From an uncultured Chloroflexia bacterium (GTDB lineage Bacteria; Chloroflexota; Dehalococcoidia; SZUA-161), in NCBI GenBank assembly GCA_963847595.1, contig CAWKAJ010000001.1, positions 268,729 to 332,728 of the forward strand: a stretch of DNA of 64,000 nt, read 5' to 3'. A model generated the notes under the pieces. The model saw only the letters and a list, made by a program, of their open reading frames with translations. It was not told the origin of the DNA and searched no databases. Position 1 is the stretch's first letter. The number at the start of each line of letters is the position of its first letter. Below, in pieces: positions 10,584 to 19,546 of the stretch. A program made the position numbers and the translations under genes.

Positions 10584-10825
10584 GTCCTTCCCAAGGAAGG
10601 ATGACGAAGCAATCTCCTCGCCCCAAATCCTCTCGCCCCTTGCGGGAGAGAGTTAGAGTGAGGGGGATTAGAGTCCGTTGGCCCTGAGCCTGTCGAAGGG
10701 CCCAATCGCATAATGTAGGGGCGACCCAATGGGTCGCCCTTTGCTTGTCATTGTCCGCCTCAGTCGAATTGGAGCCACGATGGACTTGAAAGCCTGCTTT
10801 TACTCATTATGATGTAGAGGCTTTT

Positions 10826-11827
10826 TCAATGGAGTTTAATGGAACTGAGTTTGTCCAGTCGTCCGAAGTCGTGCCAGGCATCGATCCAGCGGATGGTGCC
10901 GGAACGGGAGCGCATAGCTAGAGACTGCGTTTGTGCTCCGCCACTGGTATAACGTACCCCCTTCAGTAATTCGCTGCTGCTAACCCCAGTGGCAGCAAAA
11001 AAAACATCATCACTGTCTATCAGGTCCTCCGTTTTATACACTTTGTCAAGATCGAGTCCAGCGGCTATGGCTGCTTCTCTTTCCTTTTCATCTCGAGGCC
11101 AGCCCTTACATTGTATAGCGCCTCCGATACAAACTATGGCTGCAGCGGAGAGGACTCCCTCAGGCGTGCCCCCGATGCCCATGAGCACATCGACCCCCGT
11201 TTCGGGCAGGGCGGCCTGTAAACTCGCCGCTATGTCACCATCGGAAATCAGTTTGACCCGGGCGCCTGCACTCCTGATCTCTGACAGTAACTGTTCGTGG
11301 CGCGGTCTGTCCAGAACCACCACCGTAATTTCTGATACCTTTCTTTTTTTGGCTTTGGCGATATTCTTCAGGTTTTCTGCCACCGATGCCTCAATATCTA
11401 TAGCGTCCTTTGCCTCACGGTCGGTGACAATCTTATTCATATACACCAGTTCCCTGGGGCAATTCATCGTCCCTCTAGCCGAGAGCGCCACGGCAGATAT
11501 GGCCCCGGGAAGCCCCTTCGCAGTCAGCGTGGTGCCGTCAATCGGATCAACTGCAATGTCAACCTTTAAATCCGAGCCGCCACCGATCCGCTCCCCGATA
11601 TATAGCATGGGAGCCTCGTCTTTCTCTCCCTCTCCGATGACCACGATTCCATCCATCCTGACCGAGCCCAGAACCCACCGCATGGCTTCCACCGCTGCAT
11701 GGTCCACCAGGTTTTTGTCACCCATACCGAAAAAACGGGCTGCCGACAGGGCTGCCGCTTCGGTAACACGCACCAGCTCCATGGCTACATTACGTTCAAT
11801 AAAGCGACTGGATTTTAAATCTTTCAT
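10826..11827 (-). CDS. glpX: class II fructose-1,6-bisphosphatase
   Basis: 333 aa, strong GlpX-like sequence throughout (DGTTLTAKG..., GGTPEGVLSAAA...). Confidence 0.9.
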   Translation of the reverse strand: MKDLKSSRFIERNVAMELVRVTEAAALSAARFFGMGDKNLVDHAAVEAMRWVLGSVRMDGIVVIGEGEKDEAPMLYIGERIGGGSDLKVDIAVDPIDGTTLTAKGLPGAISAVALSARGTMNCPRELVYMNKIVTDREAKDAIDIEASVAENLKNIAKAKKRKVSEITVVVLDRPRHEQLLSEIRSAGARVKLISDGDIAASLQAALPETGVDVLMGIGGTPEGVLSAAAIVCIGGAIQCKGWPRDEKEREAAIAAGLDLDKVYKTEDLIDSDDVFFAATGVSSSELLKGVRYTSGGAQTQSLAMRSRSGTIRWIDAWHDFGRLDKLSSIKLH

Positions 11828-12054
11828 GAGTAACCCTCCACTATCAATAATGTAAAGAGGAAACCGGGAATCGTAACGCTGCCATGATAATTCAAATACA
11901 TGGTGCGGTCAACAAATCATCAGCTCACTGGCAAAATGCGCAAGACAGCGGAACGTTCAATGAGGACCGGGGGTGACTCTACACAAAAGCGAACACTGCC
12001 TTGAAAATGGGGCTTTGAGTTTTATCTATTGAACTGTATGTGGGCATAAAGGGC

Positions 12055-12855
12055 CTAGACTTCAGCCAGAGGTCGACCCAGGCCGACGTTGGTCTTCCCG
12101 TTAATTGAAACCTGAACATTGGCCTGGCGAGCTACCTCTACCGTAGGTATGGAACCGTCCTTCTCTACCACTGAGATGAGGTCCACAGCAAAGACTGTAT
12201 CGACCTCTTTCGCTATCTCTTTTAGCTTCTCTAGTACAGTGGTCACCATCTGTAACGGGATATCGAACTCCAAAATGCAGGAGAGAACCTTCTCGTTAAG
12301 GATGTCATCTCGAAAGGTGCCTGTAGATTTATCGGTCATTAAGTCGGTAACGGGGTTCCGCTCCTCAAACCTGACCCCCAAAGCGGCCAGAGCACGAGCC
12401 ATCTTCTGTACGTCTCTAAAGCGTGTTCCCCCGCCCGGACGGCCCATTTCTACCAATATCCCCGCCTGACCACGTCGATAACGGCCAGTTACATCGTTGG
12501 TCTTCATCTCCGCAGTGCCACGTCCGCCCAGTGCGGTAAGGTCCTCGTCTTTACTAGCTGGCGCAGCACCGCGATTCGTTTCATTGCTTGTTGCCAGCCA
12601 AGGGCGACGAGAAAAAACCGGGGACATAAAGGGCACACTGGGGTCGCTGAACTCGGCACGTAGGCTTCGTGGCCAGCTTAATTCTGGACGTACCAGCGCC
12701 CCAGGCGCACAGACCTCAGCCCGGTAGCAGACCCCGCATTCAACGCACTCGTCTTGGTCGATCCTGACCAATCCCCTCGTAACCGTTATGGCCGCCATGG
12801 GGCAGTAAGGAATGCACTCCAAGCAAGCTGTGCACCTCGCGTCATCTATGATCAC
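12055..12855 (-). CDS. 2x[4Fe-4S] ferredoxin-domain protein with uncharacterised C-terminal domain
   Basis: CTACLECIPYCP and CVECGVCYRAEVCAP cluster motifs at the N-terminus. Remaining ~190 aa not recognised. Confidence 0.55.
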   Translation of the reverse strand: MIIDDARCTACLECIPYCPMAAITVTRGLVRIDQDECVECGVCYRAEVCAPGALVRPELSWPRSLRAEFSDPSVPFMSPVFSRRPWLATSNETNRGAAPASKDEDLTALGGRGTAEMKTNDVTGRYRRGQAGILVEMGRPGGGTRFRDVQKMARALAALGVRFEERNPVTDLMTDKSTGTFRDDILNEKVLSCILEFDIPLQMVTTVLEKLKEIAKEVDTVFAVDLISVVEKDGSIPTVEVARQANVQVSINGKTNVGLGRPLAEV

Positions 12856-12888
12856 GTTTTGCCCCCTTGATAGCGGTACCAGAACCGC

Positions 12889-13500
12889 CTACGGTAGTCC
12901 TGGCAGATTGAGGTCAGTCTCCGACAATGTGCCCGCCTCCAGATCAGCAACGAACTTGCGTAGCAGTTCCTCCGCTCGAACAGGGTTGAAAATATTGCAC
13001 AAGCAGGGCCGCCCCATCTCCTGGGCAGCATCGCCTATATTCATGGCGTGGCGCTGAACTTTCTTGGCCAGGTGGTAGGCCAAACTGGAAGATATCATCC
13101 CGTGACCACACATGGTAGTGAATTCCAAAATCCTCTCGTGAGGTAACTTGTCCTCTTTCCCCCAGAAACCCAGGGAGTGGTTCACAGTGTGTGGAAAAGT
13201 ACCAGCGGCGCAGCAGCACTCCTTGACCTCATGGAACAATCCTGAGACAACCACTGAAAGCCCTAAATCTGCATGGACAAGGTCCTTTAGTACCCCGGTT
13301 ACCTTCTCCTTGCTGTCATAGACGTAGGCATACCAGCCCATGGGGTAGTCCTGATTTACTGGCTGGTGCCGACGGCAGATGTTCACGAACTGCTCTACCC
13401 TGACTCCTAGGTCTTCCGTTATTCGCCCGGGCACGAACATGACAACATAATCGTCGCTGAGGTTGGCATACGTTCCTCGTCTGTGGTTGGAATGAGTCAC
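12889..13500 (-). CDS. hypothetical Cys-rich protein (possible metal/Fe-S binding)
   Basis: 203-aa ORF with CCC, CGHG and CLC motifs. Co-directional, 33-nt gap to the ferredoxin-domain gene. Confidence 0.45.
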   Translation of the reverse strand: MTHSNHRRGTYANLSDDYVVMFVPGRITEDLGVRVEQFVNICRRHQPVNQDYPMGWYAYVYDSKEKVTGVLKDLVHADLGLSVVVSGLFHEVKECCCAAGTFPHTVNHSLGFWGKEDKLPHERILEFTTMCGHGMISSSLAYHLAKKVQRHAMNIGDAAQEMGRPCLCNIFNPVRAEELLRKFVADLEAGTLSETDLNLPGLP

Positions 13501-14481
13501 TGCACCCTCCCCACGGCTAAAACAACACCACTCAGTTCCTCTTTCGCAGAATTGTAGATTCTATCTCACTCGAAGCCGGCAGCCGAAATGCTGGGTCTTT
13601 TCCACAGTAGAATCTATTGTATCATAGGGCCTCTGCAGCTAGCAAGCAGACCAGGAGTCTCAAGAATGTTCTGAGGCAGTGGGCTGCAATTCTATCTCTA
13701 TATCAGCATCGCCATTTCGGTGAAGCTGGATCAGGGATGATGGGGAACACTTGCAGGTGAAGCTTTGGGTTCACGGTTGCACCTTCTCAACAAGTGTTCG
13801 GTTAGGCTTAATAGGGGCAACAATGTAGCGGAATATTCAATTCTAAAAGTCAGCGTGCTCCAAACCAGGTCCTTTCAGAGCGCTTTCGTACCTCTAATCA
13901 TAATCTTATCAAACAGGCATCCCCGTTTCAAACCGCCTCCACTTTGCATTTTACATTTTCCACCCCATCCTTTCTTCTGCGCCCTCCGCGCCCTCTGCGG
14001 TGAGCCGCCCTGCGACATTTCCCCCTTGACAGCATGAGAACTTATGTTCTACAATGACCCCATTACATCGGGACTGCATGTACACAGCTCCCGACCAAAT
14101 TCAAGAGCAGCAAACAGCATCTACCGAGCCGCACAATCGTGGGCTGATAGCTTTGAGCTGATTGCTGGTTGCGCAAAGCTCTTGGCATCCCCTGGAAAAT
14201 TGAATATGTGGGGTTTCGTTCGTGGGAATTCGTTTTGGGGAAATTACTCCTCGACATAGGGACGTTTTTTACCCAAGCGGTCCCCGCTGCGTTCGGCTGA
14301 AGCTGATCACGGCCTGCGAAATCCCGGCGTCCAGCGACCCCAAAATTGAATAATTCATGCGCCCTAAAAGCCGGGCCGCGCTATACCCGAAACCAGGCAA
14401 ACCCTGGTCACCATCGCAGGCGTCGTTGTCTCGCCTCTAAACCCGATGTATACTAGTCTCATCTTGAACAAGAGGTTGAAA

Positions 14482-15660
14482 ATGGGTCCGTTAGAGGGAA
14501 TAAAGGTTCTCGACCTGTCATTGTACGGGCCGGGCAGGTACTGCTCCATGATCCTGGCTGACCTCGGCGCCGAGGTGATAACCGTCGAGATACCGCGCAG
14601 CACCGGCAAGATGTTCGGCATGATGACCAGCGACACGGAGGCGCATTACGTCGGACTCAACCGCAATAAGAAGTCCATCGCTCTCAATATCAAGAAGGAT
14701 GAGGGCAAGGAGATTTTCTACCGCCTGGTGGAGAAGGTGGATGTTATCCTGGAGACCAACCGCCCGGGGACGCTCAAACGCAGGGGCATGGACTACAATA
14801 CGGTGAGCAAGCTCAATCCCCTCATCATCTGCTGCTCCATCACAGGCTACGGACAGACCGGACCCTACGCTCGCAGGCCGGGACATGACATCAACTTCGT
14901 CGCTATGGCGGGCATCCTGGGGCTCAGCGGCAGCAAGAACGGCCCGCCTTCGTACATCGTCTCGCCCATGATCGCCGATGTCCTCGGAGGCACTAACCAG
15001 GCTGTCATCGCTATCATCGCCGCCCTCTTCGCCCGGGACAGGACAGGCAGAGGTCAGTATATCGACGTCTCCAGCACCGATGGCGCTGTGTTCTACCACT
15101 GGGTGCACGCGCCCCAGTTCTTCCGCGATGGGATATCGCCGGAGCGGGCGGAGTCGCCCACAGGCAGCGACGTGGCCTGGATGAACATATATAAAGCTAA
15201 GGACGATAAGTATTTCACCATCGGCTGCTTCGAGCCCTGGCTCTGGGGCAACCTGTGCAAGCTGGTGGGCAGGGAAGACCTGATACCGAAGCACTTCGGC
15301 TCTCTCGAGGAGCAGCAGGAGTCGTACCAGGCGCTCTCCGAGGTCTTCGCCACCAAGAACAGGGACGAATGGTTGAAATCGCTGGACGAGGCCGATGTCT
15401 GCGTCGCCCCGGTGTACAACTTCGAGGAGATGTTCGCTGACCCTCACTACAGGGACCACAAAGTCGTGGTGGAGATGGAGCATCCCAAGCTGGGCAAGGT
15501 GAAGCTGCTGAATACTCCGTTCAAGCTCTCCGACACGCCGGCTGCGGTGAGGACCAGGCCGCCGCTCTGGGCGGAGCATACACGGGAGGTGTTGAGCGAG
15601 CTTCTGGGCTACAGCAAGAGTAAGATAGACCGCCTTCTCAAGGAAGAGGTCATCGAATAG
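14482..15660 (+). CDS. family III CoA-transferase (CaiB/BaiF/Frc family), paralog 1
   Basis: MGPLEGIKVLDLS...GPGRYCSMILADLGAEVITVE N-terminus typical of family III. Start chosen at the conserved MGPLEG with RBS agagg. Confidence 0.85.
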   Translation: MGPLEGIKVLDLSLYGPGRYCSMILADLGAEVITVEIPRSTGKMFGMMTSDTEAHYVGLNRNKKSIALNIKKDEGKEIFYRLVEKVDVILETNRPGTLKRRGMDYNTVSKLNPLIICCSITGYGQTGPYARRPGHDINFVAMAGILGLSGSKNGPPSYIVSPMIADVLGGTNQAVIAIIAALFARDRTGRGQYIDVSSTDGAVFYHWVHAPQFFRDGISPERAESPTGSDVAWMNIYKAKDDKYFTIGCFEPWLWGNLCKLVGREDLIPKHFGSLEEQQESYQALSEVFATKNRDEWLKSLDEADVCVAPVYNFEEMFADPHYRDHKVVVEMEHPKLGKVKLLNTPFKLSDTPAAVRTRPPLWAEHTREVLSELLGYSKSKIDRLLKEEVIE

Positions 15661-15676
15661 AAAAAGGAGCGAAAAT

Positions 15677-16858
15677 ATGGGGCCGCTGGAAGGAATAAAG
15701 GTTTTGGATTTGGCGCGGCACAGCCCGGGCAGATACACTTCTATGATGTTGGCTGATTTCGGCGCCGAGGTCATTACCATAGAAACACCGCGTACGGCCG
15801 ACGCGCCGGCGCTCTCCTTCATGTTCACCAACGATACCTGGTTCCGCTACGTGGGCATGAACTGCAACAAGAAGAGCATGGCGATCAACCTCAAGCACGA
15901 TAAAGGGAGAGATATCGTTTATCGCCTGGTGGACAAAGCGGATATCCTCATCGAGGGGTTCCGTCCCGGCGCATCAAAGCGCATGGGCATGGACTACGAG
16001 ATACTGAGCCAGCGCAATCCGCGGCTGATCTACTGCTCTATCACGGGCTACGGGCTGGACAGCCCCTATCTGAACCGCGCCTCGCACGACATCAATGTGG
16101 TCGCCCTCACCGGAATCCTGGGAGCTACCGGCACCAAAAATGGGCCGCCGATACATGTCATCTCCCCCCAGATATCGGACCTCTCCGCTAACTGCCATGC
16201 CATCAGCTCCATACTGGCCGCCCTTTATGCCCGGGAGAAGACCGGCAAGGGGCAGTTCATCGAGGTAGCCATAGCAGACGGCATGCTCTTCTTCAACTGG
16301 GTGATGACCCTGCGGTATCTGCTAAGCGGGGAGAAGGCGGAGCGGAGCGTACTGCCCACGGGCAGCGACCAGGCCTGGCTGAATGTGTACAAGACGAAGG
16401 ACGATAAATACGTCGCCCTGTCCTGCCTGGAGCCGCCTCTCTGGCACAACCTCTGCCGCCTCATCGGCAGAGAGGACTTCATCCCCAACCACTTCGCCAC
16501 CATCGAGAAGCAGGAGGAGATGTATAAAGAGCTCTGCAAAATCTTCGTCACCAAGACCAGGGACGAGTGGCTCAAGCTCTTCGATGAGGCTGATGTGGCA
16601 GGGGCGCCGGTGAACACCATAGAGGAGACTGTTTCCGACCCGCATGTGGTACACCGCGGGCTTATCGTAGAGGTGGACCATCCCAAGCTGGGGAAGGTGA
16701 AGCTCATTAAGAGTCCTTTCAGGCTCTCGGATACACCGGTGAAGGCGAGGCAGCGCCCGCCGCTTTACGGCGAGAACACCGAGGAGATACTGAAGGGCGT
16801 GATGGGCTTGAAGAAGAAGGAGATCGCCGAGCTGCGCAAGGAGGGCGTGATAGAGTAG
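15677..16858 (+). CDS. family III CoA-transferase, paralog 2 (tandem)
   Basis: MGPLEGIKVLDLARHSPGRYTSMMLADFGAEVITIE, about 50% identical to the upstream paralog, 16-nt spacing. Confidence 0.85.
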   Translation: MGPLEGIKVLDLARHSPGRYTSMMLADFGAEVITIETPRTADAPALSFMFTNDTWFRYVGMNCNKKSMAINLKHDKGRDIVYRLVDKADILIEGFRPGASKRMGMDYEILSQRNPRLIYCSITGYGLDSPYLNRASHDINVVALTGILGATGTKNGPPIHVISPQISDLSANCHAISSILAALYAREKTGKGQFIEVAIADGMLFFNWVMTLRYLLSGEKAERSVLPTGSDQAWLNVYKTKDDKYVALSCLEPPLWHNLCRLIGREDFIPNHFATIEKQEEMYKELCKIFVTKTRDEWLKLFDEADVAGAPVNTIEETVSDPHVVHRGLIVEVDHPKLGKVKLIKSPFRLSDTPVKARQRPPLYGENTEEILKGVMGLKKKEIAELRKEGVIE

Positions 16859-16865
16859 GTAAGTT

Positions 16866-16963
16866 AACTGGGAGTTCAGAGGGGCGAAGCCCCTTTGACA
16901 GGGGATTGGGGGGTCCCCCAAATTAAATTCCCCCAAGAGTGGGGGATACAGGGGGTTGAAAAG
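16866..16963. repeat. G5/C5 double-hairpin repeat, copy B
   Basis: aactgggagttcagaggggcgaagcccc...ggggattggggggtcccccaaattaaattcccccaagagtgggggatacagggggttgaaaag. Confidence 0.7.
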
Positions 16964-16977
16964 AGCATTGCCCTGGC

Positions 16978-17394
16978 CTATTCCCCCATAATCTGGAGCA
17001 CGATGTCGCGGGAACGGGGCCTGTTATCGAAATCGGCGAGGATGATCTGCTGCCAAGTACCCAGGGTCAGCCTCTTGTTGACGAGAGGCACCACCAGGGA
17101 AGCTCCCAGCAGCGAGGCGCGCACATGGGAGTAGCCATTGCCATCGCCCCAGGTGGCATCGTGACGGTAGGCCATGTTCTTAGGTACTAATCTTTCCCAC
17201 ATGCTCTCGAGGTCGCTGAGCACGCCGCGTTCGAACTCTATAGTGGTGAGTCCGGCTGTCGAGCCTGCCACAAAGATAGTCACAGTACCGTTGCTGACGC
17301 CGGATTGCTCCACCTTCTGAGCCACCTCGTCAGTTAGGTCAATAAAGTCGCAGTTGCCCCTTGTTTGAACATGGATATGAGTATTAGTCACCAT
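16978..17394 (-). CDS. YjbQ/UPF0047 family protein (secondary thiamine-phosphate synthase-like)
   Basis: 138 aa. Sequence closely resembles the YjbQ family (VQTRGNCDFIDLTDEV...HVRASLLGASL). Confidence 0.75.
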   Translation of the reverse strand: MVTNTHIHVQTRGNCDFIDLTDEVAQKVEQSGVSNGTVTIFVAGSTAGLTTIEFERGVLSDLESMWERLVPKNMAYRHDATWGDGNGYSHVRASLLGASLVVPLVNKRLTLGTWQQIILADFDNRPRSRDIVLQIMGE

Positions 17395-17598
17395 CTTATT
17401 CCCCCTATTGCGGAAAGCTCGCTGAGATTATAGCAGAAGTCAATGATGAGTACTTCCTTCAACCCCCTTTATCCCCCAGTCTTGGGAAGGTTGAAATTGG
17501 AGATACCCCCATCCACCTAAGGCGGACTGTCCCTCTGCACTCCCATCGAAAAAGGGCAGGTTTGAAACCCGCCCCTACTCGGGGGATTTAATGATATA

Positions 17599-18234
17599 AT
17601 GGAGGCTGCTAAAAAAGGATTGCAGATGGACTTTTTCGAGACTGTAAAGAAGAGGCGCAGCGTCTGCCGGTTCAGCGACCGGCCGGTGGCGCATAAGGAC
17701 ATCATGGCCATGCTCGAGGCAGCCATACTGGCCCCCAGCGCTACCAACGAGCAGCCCTGGTATTTCATCGTGATCCGAGATCAGAACCTCAAGGAGAGTA
17801 TGCGGGATGTAGTCAACGCGATGGTCGAGGCCGTGATAGCAGCCACAGAGGACAAATCGCGCAAGAAACGGCTGGCCTGGATGCAGTCCTACAGCACCCA
17901 TTTCGCCGATGCGCCGGTAGCCATTGCAGCCCTGGCACGCCCCTGGGTGGGGGGAGGCTACAGCGAACCGACGGACCCGGCGCGCCGCGACCTGGCAATG
18001 CTCAGCGTGGCTATGGCGGTAGCGCATCTCCAACTGGCAGCCACCGCGCTGGGTTACAGCAGCTGTTTCGCCAGCAGCCCCGCCGAGTTCGCTCGAGAGG
18101 AGCTTGAGGCAATGCTACACGTAGAGAAGCCCTGGTTCCTGGTAGGCATAATATCGCTGGGGGTAGCTGCGAAACGGCCTGGGAAAAGGCCGTCGCGTAA
18201 ATCTGTGGCAGAGGTCTGCACCTTTATCGGGTAG
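17599..18234 (+). CDS. nitroreductase family protein
   Basis: TVKKRRSVCRFSDRPVAHKDIMAMLEAAILAPSATNEQPWYFIV, the classic nitroreductase N-terminal signature. Confidence 0.8.
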   Translation: MEAAKKGLQMDFFETVKKRRSVCRFSDRPVAHKDIMAMLEAAILAPSATNEQPWYFIVIRDQNLKESMRDVVNAMVEAVIAATEDKSRKKRLAWMQSYSTHFADAPVAIAALARPWVGGGYSEPTDPARRDLAMLSVAMAVAHLQLAATALGYSSCFASSPAEFAREELEAMLHVEKPWFLVGIISLGVAAKRPGKRPSRKSVAEVCTFIG

Positions 18235-18252
18235 AAAATGGGAGGCATTTGG

Positions 18253-18357
18253 TAACTGGGGAGTGCAGAGGGGCAAAGCCCTTCTGCTGGGGGTTTGGGG
18301 GTATCCCCCAATTTTTCTTTGTCCCCCAAGAGTGGGGGACTACAGGGGGTTGAAAAG
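18253..18357. repeat. G5/C5 double-hairpin repeat, copy C
   Basis: aactggggagtgcagaggggcaaagccc...gggggtttgggggtatcccccaatttttctttgtcccccaagagtgggggactacagggggttgaaaag. Confidence 0.7.
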
Positions 18358-18390
18358 GGTTCAAGACAACCACATTGTTACAGAGTAAAC

Positions 18391-19398
18391 ATGAAAATAC
18401 TGGGTATAGAGACTTCGTGCGATGAGACCGCCGCCGCCGTGGTCGAAGATGGCACCGAGATATTATCTAACGTAATCTCCTCTCAGGTCGAGATACACAG
18501 CCGCTACGGCGGCATCGTACCGGAGGTCGCCTCGCGCCAGCACCTGCTTTCCATCATGCCCATAGTGGAAAAGGCACTGGATGATGCGACCGTAAACGCC
18601 AAAGACCTATCAGCCATCGCAGTCACCAACGGCCCGGGTCTGGCAGGCTCGCTGCTGGTGGGGGTGAACTTCGCCAAGGCTGTGGCGCTGGCCTGGGGTC
18701 TGCCTCTGGTCAGCGTGAACCACCTGGAAGCACATATCTACGCCAACTGGCTGGGAACCGATAAACCCGAATTCCCTGCGATCTCGCTCATCGTATCCGG
18801 CGGGCACACCGAACTCGTCTTAGTCAAAGGCCACGGGGAAATCTCTAGGCTGGGCAGAACCAGGGACGACGCAGCCGGAGAGGCCTTCGATAAAGTGGCC
18901 CGCGCCCTGGGACTGGGCTACCCGGGCGGGCCGGTTATCGAGAAAGCCACCCAGGGCATAACCCCCACCCGCCGATTGCCCCGTGCCTGGCTCAGGGGCA
19001 GCGATGATTTCAGCTTCAGCGGAATCAAGACGGCGGCGGTGCGGCTGGCTGAGGAGTTGAAAATCTCTGTTTCGGCCAATCCCAATTCACTGGCGCTGGA
19101 CATCGCTGCCAGCTTCCAAGAGGCGGTGGTGGACGTGCTGGTGACCAAAACGGTGGCCGCAGCCAGCAGGCACGGGGTGAGCCAGATACTGCTAGCGGGC
19201 GGTGTGGCCGCCAACAAGCTGCTGCGCCAGACCATGGCACGCCGTTCGCCGATACCTGTATTAATCCCACCGATTATCCTGTGCACAGACAACGCGGCCA
19301 TGGTCGCCTCATGCGGGTATTTCCGCTTCCTCCAAGGGAAGGTCGCGGGATGGGACCTGGATGTGGTGCCAGGGCTCAGCCTGGGGGCAAAATCCTAA
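18391..19398 (+). CDS. tsaD: tRNA N6-adenosine threonylcarbamoyltransferase
   Basis: [17 protein letters not shown]...VNHLEAHI, the Kae1/TsaD signature. Start placed at the conserved MKILGIE. Confidence 0.9.
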   Translation: MKILGIETSCDETAAAVVEDGTEILSNVISSQVEIHSRYGGIVPEVASRQHLLSIMPIVEKALDDATVNAKDLSAIAVTNGPGLAGSLLVGVNFAKAVALAWGLPLVSVNHLEAHIYANWLGTDKPEFPAISLIVSGGHTELVLVKGHGEISRLGRTRDDAAGEAFDKVARALGLGYPGGPVIEKATQGITPTRRLPRAWLRGSDDFSFSGIKTAAVRLAEELKISVSANPNSLALDIAASFQEAVVDVLVTKTVAAASRHGVSQILLAGGVAANKLLRQTMARRSPIPVLIPPIILCTDNAAMVASCGYFRFLQGKVAGWDLDVVPGLSLGAKS

Positions 19399-19546
19399 AT
19401 TCTGAGCACTGAATCCTAATTGAGCGTTCAGCAGGGTTAGTACAGCGTTAAATGGTTGCGGTTGCGCCGCTCGAAACGGAATTCGTGGATAGGTTAATGG
19501 GCTACGCAGCCCAACGACGATAGACGAAACGAGCAGCGCAACCGGA

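Noticed and set aside
10433-10729. 98-aa ORF in the clpC-glpX intergenic region
   Set aside because: It lies wholly inside the palindromic repeat cluster. The translation is Gly/Arg/Pro-rich low-complexity and there is no RBS.
10114-10825. Possible CRISPR array, because of repeated palindromic units
   Set aside because: There are only two long (~105-bp) copies, 340 bp apart, plus unrelated hairpins. Repeat length and spacing do not fit CRISPR, and no cas genes are present.
12055-13500. Calling the ferredoxin-domain protein a NIL-domain or EtfA-like protein
   Set aside because: The C-terminal domain did not convincingly match any family I could recall, so it is left as uncharacterised.
13501-14445. 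tmRNA, SRP RNA or RNase P RNA in the long non-coding gap
   Set aside because: gtttcaaaccgcctccac superficially recalls a tRNA-like 3' end, but it lacks a complementary T-stem and CCA context. No SRP domain-IV or P4-like conserved motifs were recognised by eye. A covariance-model scan is needed.
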